Notes under the pieces: generated by a model
Databases searched by the model: none
Seen by the model: the letters and a program-made list of their open reading frames with translations, nothing else
What the model was told of the DNA's origin: nothing
Made by a program: the position numbers and the translations under genes
From: an uncultured Pseudomonadota bacterium
Lineage (GTDB): Bacteria > Oederibacteriota > Muellerivitia > Muellerivitales > Muellerivitaceae
NCBI GenBank assembly: GCA_963843375.1
Contig: CAWJKT010000009.1
Span: 274,218-338,217, forward strand
Direction of reading: 5' to 3'
DNA length: 64,000 bases
In this document: positions 56,813 to 64,000 of the stretch, one piece after another
How positions within the stretch are numbered: position 1 is the stretch's first letter
Layout of the letters: each line of letters begins with the position of its first letter

Positions 56813-57322
56813 ATGAACGGATATTGGTTAGCATCATTTATAGGATTGGTTATTGTCTTAAATGGGTGTGCCACAACCGGCAATATGACCCAAAACCAGG
56901 GAGATTCCCAAGGCGCGGTTAATCCCCAGGTTCAATCATTTTCGGGATTGGGTGATGTATCTCAAACCCCAAAGGGTCTTACATTAGTCTTGAGTGGTGA
57001 TTCTTTATTTAAAGTTGGCTACACCCACTTAAATACAGATGGTATCCAAAAGGTCGATGAGATCGCCGCAGTGCTAATGAAGTATCCCGGGGACCTAGTG
57101 ACCATTTTGGAATACACGGATAACGGCGGGGCTGCCGCCAAGAACCTTAAGCTTTCGCAGCGCCGGGCTGATTCCATAAAGAAAGAATTGTTAAAGCAGG
57201 GTGTCTCTGGGGATAACGTAAGCGCTGTGGGAAAAGGGGAAGCGGATCCTGTGGCACCAAACGATTCATCCGAGAACCGAGCGAAAAATCGCAGGGCAGT
57301 GGTCGAAATCACCACATCTTGA
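56813..57322 (+). CDS. OmpA-family peptidoglycan-binding lipoprotein
   Basis: Lipobox LNGC; YTD, NLKLSQRRA, GKGE, NRR. Confidence 0.92.
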   Translation: MNGYWLASFIGLVIVLNGCATTGNMTQNQGDSQGAVNPQVQSFSGLGDVSQTPKGLTLVLSGDSLFKVGYTHLNTDGIQKVDEIAAVLMKYPGDLVTILEYTDNGGAAAKNLKLSQRRADSIKKELLKQGVSGDNVSAVGKGEADPVAPNDSSENRAKNRRAVVEITTS

Positions 57323-57531
57323 ACTGTTTTGGGAGATGGATGGAAAGAGTCAAATGGCGTTGGGGGACAAACCCGTTTGGGCCTGGAAAGGGGAAGGGAG
57401 TTTCCTCTTTCCAGCCTTGACCTTTTTTGGACATAGTTTTTGGGACTTGGGAATTTTTTCTTTGTTACTTAAAAACCAAAGCCCTTATAAAACAAAGGTT
57501 GAATTTCAAACTCATTTTACCGGATGTTGTT

Positions 57532-58062
57532 ATGCGATTTTTAACATTGTTTTTGTGCTTTTGGGCCTTTTCGATGGGGTATGGAAAGGATTTAAGGGTA
57601 GCCACCGTGGACTTGCAGACTCTTTTTAAGGAGTATCCTGGCACCCTCCAGGCCCAGAAAAAGTTTGACGAGATGGCCCAGGAGAAAAAACAGGATTTGG
57701 CCGATTCGGAGGAATCGTTAATGGACCTCCAAAAAGAGTTAAACAACACTAAAAAGGCGATGTCCAAAAAAGAAAGAAGTCGAAAGGAGAAAGAGTTCGA
57801 GGAAGAAACACAGGACTATCAAAACGAAAAAAACACGATCCAAACCGAATTGGACGATAGGAACCAGGAAATGACGAGGTTGTTGATGGGTCAAATCAAA
57901 GAAGTGGTTGCTGGTATTGCCCAAAAAGAGGGTGTGGATCTGGTTTTGGATACCAATGATGCGGTTGCCACCAAATATCAAATGGATCTGACCGGCGAGG
58001 TTTTAAGATCTTTTGTCGAGTTGAAACCAGACCAAACGGATTTGGATTCAGATACCCCTTAG
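57532..58062 (+). CDS. OmpH/Skp periplasmic chaperone
   Basis: VATVD...YP, coiled coil, IAQKEGVDLVLD, DLTGEVL. Confidence 0.88.
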   Translation: MRFLTLFLCFWAFSMGYGKDLRVATVDLQTLFKEYPGTLQAQKKFDEMAQEKKQDLADSEESLMDLQKELNNTKKAMSKKERSRKEKEFEEETQDYQNEKNTIQTELDDRNQEMTRLLMGQIKEVVAGIAQKEGVDLVLDTNDAVATKYQMDLTGEVLRSFVELKPDQTDLDSDTP

Positions 58063-58135
58063 CCGGAAAGGGAAATCAGGGTTAAAGACCTTGTTTAACA
58101 TGTGGCCGGGAATGGTTCCAGGGCGGTTTAAGAAG

Positions 58136-58618
58136 ATGAAAAACTTTAAATTGTTGGGAAATTTGATTTTTTTAATGGGGCCAGTATTTTTAATAACCTT
58201 ACTTGTATGGGATCATAAATTCAAAGCCTCTTCCCCGGCAGAAGCAAAAATTACCACACGTCATTTCAAAAAAAGCGAGATTTTGAGGCAATTGAAATTA
58301 ACGGAAAATCAAAAGGATCGAATCCGCCAAATTCGAAGAGTCTATCGTAAGGAAAAAGCCGAAACCGATGCCCAATTCATGTTGGAAATGGTTGATTTGG
58401 AAAATGAAATTGAGAAACCGAACCCCAATATGAGCCGATTGGACTATTTATGCAAAAAAATCGGTCGATTGAAGGGCCTGAAGTTGAAAGAACAAATCTC
58501 CACGGATTTGGAATTAAAAAATGAAATTCTCACACCGCAACAGGCTGACCAATTGATGAATTTTCAGGAGAGCGTCCAAGTTTGGGGAATGGAAAAAAAT
58601 CCAGGAAACCCAGGATAA
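58136..58618 (+). CDS. Spy/CpxP-like periplasmic protein
   Basis: Two LTxxQ motifs (LTENQ, LTPQQ); N-terminal hydrophobic segment. Confidence 0.8.
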   Translation: MKNFKLLGNLIFLMGPVFLITLLVWDHKFKASSPAEAKITTRHFKKSEILRQLKLTENQKDRIRQIRRVYRKEKAETDAQFMLEMVDLENEIEKPNPNMSRLDYLCKKIGRLKGLKLKEQISTDLELKNEILTPQQADQLMNFQESVQVWGMEKNPGNPG

Positions 58619-58707
58619 TGAAGGATGAAACGAAAAGATTGCTTATCGGCGCAGGATTATTGATTGTTTTTTATCTGTCCTTGTATATCTCAATGGTCAC
58701 GGACTAG
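58618..58707 (+). CDS. 29-aa single-TM peptide
   Basis: TAATG coupling; MKDETKRLLIGAGLLIVFYLSLYISMVTD. Confidence 0.4.
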   Translation: MKDETKRLLIGAGLLIVFYLSLYISMVTD

Positions 58708-59086
58708 GTTTCGTCTTGGGTTGCTTTAACCCCAAAAGATCCAAGCCCGCGGGAATTTCTGTATCGAACCTGCCAATAGTGCGACTTGATAGGCAACAGC
58801 GACATGGCGGAAGGAACCTACATTAGCGGGATTAAAAAACAAGCCTTAGCTTATTTGGGAATAATAATGAATCAATAATCAAGAGGAATGGCGGGCAAAA
58901 ACAAAACAATTATGAGGCGAAGTGAATAATGTTCATTAACCTATATTAAAGGAGGAAGTGAAGGTTACCCACTTAACCCAGTAAATTATTATTTTCGAGC
59001 GCATTTTTATTATTAATTTTTGGTCGGTTTCTTTTATAGTCTGGTTATGACTATGGCCACATCAAACATCAATAGACTGGACCCTG

Positions 59087-60448
59087 ATGGCACCGCCTAA
59101 GGGAAAAATGAAAAATATTAAAAACAACCAGAATCAACCTGTGATCGATCAAGCGAAAGACCTGGTTTCGCAAGCGGCTGAAAAGTGGAATCCTTTTCGC
59201 AATAGTACTTATACCCAGGCAACCCAATTAATAGCTGCAGTCATAGTGGGCATCGCCGCTTACCTTTTCTCCCTAGTTGTTTCACAAGCCCATGGGTTTT
59301 TTATCCGTCATTTTGTGGCTCATCCTTTTTGGGTTTCTTGTGTAACCCCCCTGCTGTTCGTAATAGCGACCTGGCTGGTAGTGTGGTTTGCCCCCGAAGC
59401 GAAAGGAAGCGGTATCCCCCAGGTTTTGGTTGCAATAGGCACTTCCACCCCTCAAAAAGCGGAGTCCTTTTTAAGCCCATTGGTATCAATGAAAACAGCG
59501 TCTTTTAAAGTTCTTTCCACGACGATAGGGATATTGGGGGGCGCTTCCGTCGGCCGGGAAGGACCCACGGTTCAAATAGCCTCCTCGGTTTTCGCCTGGG
59601 TCGCGGGGAAATCCAATAAGTATTTTGGAGAGGTGGATTTAAAATCCTTTCTGGTAGCCGGTGGAGCCGCAGGCATTGCCGCGGCCTTTAACACCCCATT
59701 GGCTGGAATTACTTTTGCTTTGGAGGAGATAGCCGAATCCACATTTTCCCAATTCAAGCGGGTGGTAATGCTCAGTGTGATCGTTGGTGGTATTACCGCT
59801 CAAGCCTTGGGGGGGAATTACCATTATTTTGGGCATCCTTTTATCACTGATCCTTCCCTTGCCATCATACCTTTCTCAATTTTCATCGGTTTAGCGGGTG
59901 GTTTATTGGGAGGATTATTTTCCCGGATACTGACCAGTCCTGTCGTAAATATTCTCCCTCAGCATTGGTTTTTTCGCGCCCTTGCTTGCGGTTTGATATG
60001 CGCCTTGTTTTCCTTTTTATCTTCTGGTGACACGGCTGGATCAGGCTATGAGGTAACACGGAAATTCATGGATAATCCGGGGGGGAGTCTGCCAATCCTT
60101 TTCTTTGGGGAAAAATTTCTGACGACGGTATTTTCCTATCTCTCGGGAATGGCTGGAGGGATTTTTTCCCCCAGCCTCTCGATTGGGGCCGGGATGGGAT
60201 TTTCCCTTGCGAAACTTTTTCACCTGGTGAATTTGAGGGCTTGCGCCTTGATCGGCATGGTGGCTTTTTTCTCCGGAGTAGTCCAAGCGCCCTTGACGGC
60301 GGTCATCATTATCATGGAGATGACGGATCAAAGCATGTTGATCGTCCCTTTCATGATCGCGGCATTTGTTGCTCATGGGATGGGCAAGGTCATTATGCCC
60401 ATACCGCTCTATCGGCGCCTAGCCTTGATGGAAAAAAAGAGCCGTTAA
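59087..60448 (+). CDS. ClC family H+/Cl- antiporter
   Basis: GSGIP, GREGP, FNTPLAG, FALEE, GIFSP, terminal LY. Confidence 0.95.
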   Translation: MAPPKGKMKNIKNNQNQPVIDQAKDLVSQAAEKWNPFRNSTYTQATQLIAAVIVGIAAYLFSLVVSQAHGFFIRHFVAHPFWVSCVTPLLFVIATWLVVWFAPEAKGSGIPQVLVAIGTSTPQKAESFLSPLVSMKTASFKVLSTTIGILGGASVGREGPTVQIASSVFAWVAGKSNKYFGEVDLKSFLVAGGAAGIAAAFNTPLAGITFALEEIAESTFSQFKRVVMLSVIVGGITAQALGGNYHYFGHPFITDPSLAIIPFSIFIGLAGGLLGGLFSRILTSPVVNILPQHWFFRALACGLICALFSFLSSGDTAGSGYEVTRKFMDNPGGSLPILFFGEKFLTTVFSYLSGMAGGIFSPSLSIGAGMGFSLAKLFHLVNLRACALIGMVAFFSGVVQAPLTAVIIIMEMTDQSMLIVPFMIAAFVAHGMGKVIMPIPLYRRLALMEKKSR

Positions 60449-60693
60449 TGAAACCAAATAATAAAAAATCAAATTGGATTTTAAGGACAACTATTGAGAT
60501 GGGCTTCATCATCTTCCTGTTTTATTCCAATCTTTTGATGGGGGAATTTACGAAGTCAAATAGTTCGCATGAAAAGAGTTTGGTTTTAGCAATTAAAGAT
60601 GTATTTACCGTAACTAATTTCACGATTGCCATAATTTCCTCATTTATTGGCCATGTAATTTTCGAGCATTTCAGGAAGAAACTCTATTATTAA
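60448..60693 (+). CDS. Small two-TM membrane protein
   Basis: TAATG coupling to ClC; IEMGFIIFLFYSNLLMGEF. Confidence 0.7.
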   Translation: MKPNNKKSNWILRTTIEMGFIIFLFYSNLLMGEFTKSNSSHEKSLVLAIKDVFTVTNFTIAIISSFIGHVIFEHFRKKLYY

Positions 60694-60702
60694 TTTATGT
60701 GA

Positions 60703-61222
60703 CTAAGCCTCATTTAAAGTAAAGGTTCCTTCTTCCAAATTGGTTCCGACCCAGAAGTCCAAGTGAGCGACCCCGGCGGCTTCCAAAGCGTTTTTTTCAG
60801 CCATGGAAGTCGTGAAATCTCTCACTTGGTTAATATCTGATAACTCGTACGACACAATCACCACCCCGGGATTGCTTGCCAAGCGGAACAGTCTGCAAGG
60901 GATGGCTTTTGTTATGCTCCCTGGAAGGCTTTGATTCCAAGCCTTTTCGTCGATCCAGGATTTTTTCCATAAACCATAATCCCTCACTTCAAAGCGGGCC
61001 AATACAAGGCCGCCCGGCGTTTGGGCGAAGTTCTGGCCGGAATGTCCCTCTTCCTCCATGCCAACCCACATCAGCGGCAAGTCCGTGCCTGCTCCTACAC
61101 AGGCTGTGATGAAATTGGAGGATTGGATGAATTCCACCGCCTTCTTCAGGTCAGCGCACTTGAAAGTCAGGATGTAAGATCCGGGGTCCCGGAAGTCGCG
61201 GTGAAAACTATAAGTATGGATT
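60703..61222 (-). pseudogene. 5'-truncated protein with tandem alpha/beta-barrel (ferredoxin-like) repeats
   Basis: YSFHRDFRDPGSYIL...DL repeats as CRLFRLASNPGVVIV...DI; the frame has no start before AT-rich DNA. Confidence 0.5.
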
Positions 61223-61440
61223 TATTACGAAGAATGGAGAATATAAATTAAGTAAAAATCAGGATGAAATCGCAAAGCGGGTATTTATTATTTACGCAAA
61301 TATAAACAATAATACTTACAACATAAATCCAGACTTTGCGGTGGAACAGTCTCTCGAGAAAAGTTCAACTACTTTTAGATGAGACTTTGAAAAAAATATG
61401 AGATAATAAAATAAATACTCCAATAAAGTGTGATAGTTAG

Positions 61441-61722
61441 ATGGCATTTAAAAATTGGATTTTCCCTATTTTATTAGGTTTCATATGCTTGTTGTATGGT
61501 TATTGGAAATTCAAAACTTATAAACCTTTTACCCGCGACATGGAAACACCTTCAAGACCTTCAGCCCGTTTAAGCCGATTTTCCTTTTGGCAATATGGGA
61601 ATCTTTCTTTTGAAAAAAAATCAAAAATTTGGGAAACTAACCACAAAGGACAAGCCTTAGTTGCAATTATCGTGGGAATTGTTCTAATCTTGGTAGGTAT
61701 TAACGATAGTATTGTTCGGTAA
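61441..61722 (+). CDS. Small two-TM membrane protein
   Basis: 93-aa ORF with hydrophobic ends. Confidence 0.6.
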   Translation: MAFKNWIFPILLGFICLLYGYWKFKTYKPFTRDMETPSRPSARLSRFSFWQYGNLSFEKKSKIWETNHKGQALVAIIVGIVLILVGINDSIVR

Positions 61723-61743
61723 CTGACCTAAAGAGGTTTATTA

Positions 61744-62310
61744 ATGTTGAAAGTGGCGAGCTCCTCCACGTCTATAAAGTATGCGGGATTTTGGAGACGA
61801 CTCCTTGCGATTTTTATTGATTCACTTTTAGTTTATCAGCCTTTGCTTTATGTTTTTAAAAAATGTCATTTGGATAAATCAGAAACGATAATTTCGGTAG
61901 TTTTATTGGGTTTCGTACCAAGTGTTTATAATATTTTACTTTTGGGTTTTAAATCTCAAACAATTGGAATGATGCTTGTTAGGTTTAAAATCTTTAAAGT
62001 TGATATGACATCAATAAATTGGAAAAATGCTTTTTTAAGATATGTTGTCAATGTTCTTTTAGCTTTAGTTTCTGTCTCTGTTGGCATTTATTTTCTAAAT
62101 CTCTTGCCTGCTGATAATTATTTAACACAAACCTACGTTCAAATTATTGATCAATTACGAAATTCTTTTAACTTTTATGATGTCTTTATAACTGTTTCGA
62201 TTGCTTTAACTTTCTCGTGGACTTTCAGTGAAGTTATTGTTTTGTTGTTTAATGAAAAGAAGCGAGCAATTCACGATTATATTGCCGGAACAGTAGTTAT
62301 CTGTATTTGA
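61744..62310 (+). CDS. RDD family membrane protein
   Basis: YAGFWRRLLAIFID, QTIG, RAIHDYIAGTVV. Confidence 0.92.
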   Translation: MLKVASSSTSIKYAGFWRRLLAIFIDSLLVYQPLLYVFKKCHLDKSETIISVVLLGFVPSVYNILLLGFKSQTIGMMLVRFKIFKVDMTSINWKNAFLRYVVNVLLALVSVSVGIYFLNLLPADNYLTQTYVQIIDQLRNSFNFYDVFITVSIALTFSWTFSEVIVLLFNEKKRAIHDYIAGTVVICI

Positions 62311-62365
62311 AGTTGGTTCGCACCCTGAAAAACTGATCCAATCGGCCTAAAATATTTTCAAATCA

Positions 62366-63148
62366 TCAATATCTTTTAATATCTTTTAATTGCCATTCCA
62401 TAAATACGTTTAATGTTTTAAACGCGTGTTCAACCAAAAATTGATCCCTTTGAACGCTTGGATCTTTGCCGGCATGAAAAAGGTTATTTCGTATTGAGTA
62501 CCAAAATTCAACCATATTTCCCCAATCTTTTAATGAGTGGACAATCCCTTTCTGCCTTTTTCCATTTTTCTTGATTTGTTTTTTTATTTTATCTTTCTCA
62601 AATTCCGTAACATTCCACCAATTACCAAATTCAGGATTATCAATATCTTTTGAGGAGTTTAATAAAGGCCGCCTTTTTAACTCGGCTATTAAGGTGCTCC
62701 AGGTCTTTTTCAATTCCTTGTCTTTAGCAACGACCAATAAGTATTGATTCTTTAATTTCGAATTCTTTTTAATACGTTGAATGATGCTTCTATCCTTATC
62801 TGTATCTAAAACAATTCTGCTCTTTATATACGCGTTAAAAGCAATGTATTCGAATATGTATCTGGAAAAATAATCCCCTTCATTGGCCTTTTCATGCCAC
62901 ATATAAATTAAACCATCATAATATTTTACTGTATCGGTCACTAAACCAATCTTTTTACCAAATTGTGGACAGCCTTCAGTACGACACTCATATTCAACTA
63001 CTCCGAAATCCCAATTATCAGTATCTCCAGACTCTTGGGCCGCAAGATAATCTGCGAATTGCCCTTCTGATTCTGTTCCGTTTAATTCATCAATGTCGAT
63101 ATATCTATCGACCTTTATTCTGGACTTTTGGCACTTATCGCAAATCAT
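62366..63148 (-). CDS. Zn-ribbon plus HEPN-like (RxxxxH) protein
   Basis: CDKC...CRTEGC; YIAFNAY; IRNNLFH. Confidence 0.7.
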   Translation of the reverse strand: MICDKCQKSRIKVDRYIDIDELNGTESEGQFADYLAAQESGDTDNWDFGVVEYECRTEGCPQFGKKIGLVTDTVKYYDGLIYMWHEKANEGDYFSRYIFEYIAFNAYIKSRIVLDTDKDRSIIQRIKKNSKLKNQYLLVVAKDKELKKTWSTLIAELKRRPLLNSSKDIDNPEFGNWWNVTEFEKDKIKKQIKKNGKRQKGIVHSLKDWGNMVEFWYSIRNNLFHAGKDPSVQRDQFLVEHAFKTLNVFMEWQLKDIKRY

Positions 63149-63354
63149 CTTTTATCCTCGTGGTCAGTTTTTCACCGAAAACCAAGAAAGAGAACTTTTC
63201 TATATGTTTCTTTGACTACCTCCCCTCGATCTAAATTGTATACCTGAACATCTTTTTGCCAAGGATTAGAAAGTTATCAAACTTGGCAACTTTTGTGGAC
63301 ACCTGTAATAAAATGATCACTCGTATTCAATGGGTGTAACGAAGGGAATAAGGA

Positions 63355-63648
63355 ATGAACTCATCAGTTAAGTATGATTTTCCAGGAAGGGATGAAATCA
63401 AAATACAAATAAGAGAGATACTTATTTCCATTGCTAAAGAGCGTAAACCTCCAATTTATTATTCTGCTTTGGCAGCTAAGTTCTCAAATGTTTTTATTGA
63501 TGGACATGATGCTCGGCTTCATCATGTTTTGGGTGATATCTCGATTGAAGAAAATGAGAATAAAAAAGGTTTATTAAGTGCCCTTGTAGTTACAAAAGAG
63601 TTTCCCAATATGCCCGGAGATGGAAAAACGAGCCCGTTATTACGCTGA
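63355..63648 (+). pseudogene. 3'-truncated winged-helix-like hypothetical protein
   Basis: YSALA...LGDIS...LLSALVV..K...PGDG, then runs into recombinase sequence. Confidence 0.5.
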
Positions 63649-64000
63649 GTCCAAGGGCTGGAATGTCAAAGAGGTCTATCATCTCGAAGCGGTAAGCGGG
63701 AAAGCTGTCATTGCTCATCCTGAAGCACAAAAGATGCTCTCTCATATCAAGTCCGGCCATATCACCGGTCTCATTTTCTCGAAACTTGCGAGGCTTGCCA
63801 GAAATACCAGAGAACTTCTTGAGTTTGCGGACAAATTTAACGAGTACGATGCCGATCTGATTTCCCTTCAAGAGTCCATTGATACCCGGTTTAAGTTTGA
63901 TTGGGACACCCAGAAATTGCTGCCGACAGCCAATCCGGAAAACTCAGACGAGTCCTTGAAATTCCTCCTCCATGAGGTGACTAAGACCGATCTCGAAATG
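63620..64000 (+). pseudogene. Serine recombinase fragment lacking the catalytic RxS N-terminus
   Basis: Manual translation EKRARYYAESKGW..VY...SGK...FSKLARLARN...LISLQESIDT; open to the window end. Confidence 0.8.

Larger units (their letters stand above)
61215..64000. mobile_element. AT-rich integrated island remnant
   Basis: Abrupt GC drop, truncated flanking gene, HEPN cargo, serine recombinase fragment. Confidence 0.6.

Noticed and set aside
59030..59100. Fluoride riboswitch or CLC-F exporter
   Set aside because: No convincing riboswitch consensus, and the GSGIP/GREGP motifs are chloride-type.
61400..63200. Integron cassette array
   Set aside because: No attC-like palindromes are recognisable between the genes, and gene orientation is mixed.

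Overview
This window comes from a diderm bacterium of roughly 50% GC, judged by eye (it carries Skp, OmpA-family and LpoA-like genes). The lineage cannot be assigned from the sequence. About 0-53 kb is mostly chromosomal backbone. It holds glycoside hydrolases (two tandem clan GH-A/GH51-like paralogs, GH5, GH36), PGM/PMM, dut, hisS-aspS, phoH-ybeY-CNNM, era-pyk-arsC-like, an EAL protein, a MacAB/LolCDE-type ABC cassette, a PyrR-attenuated pyrR-pyrB-pyrC-carA-carB operon, a large S53 protease with Thr/Pro repeats, cobO and a cold-shock gene. Between ~24 and ~37.3 kb almost every gene, including essential era, carries single-base frameshifts, which look like sequencing or assembly errors. About 53.4-64 kb is accessory. 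It contains decayed XRE/DoxX/HxlR remnants and an envelope/acid-stress cluster (LysM, Asr-like basic protein, OmpA, Skp, Spy/CpxP-like, ClC antiporter). It ends in an AT-rich island with an RDD gene, a Zn-ribbon-HEPN gene and a broken serine recombinase. The best candidates for undescribed systems are: (1) a 108-aa leader ORF ending VLRI-stop, whose stop codon and next ~13 nt base-pair over the Shine-Dalgarno of the following gene, suggesting a ribosome-controlled translational switch at the head of the stress cluster; (2) a GT2 plus BshC-like pair, possibly making a non-canonical low-molecular-weight thiol; (3) an apparently exported PIMT coupled to a polytopic membrane SAM-methyltransferase-like protein. 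No tRNA, rRNA or CRISPR array was recognised.
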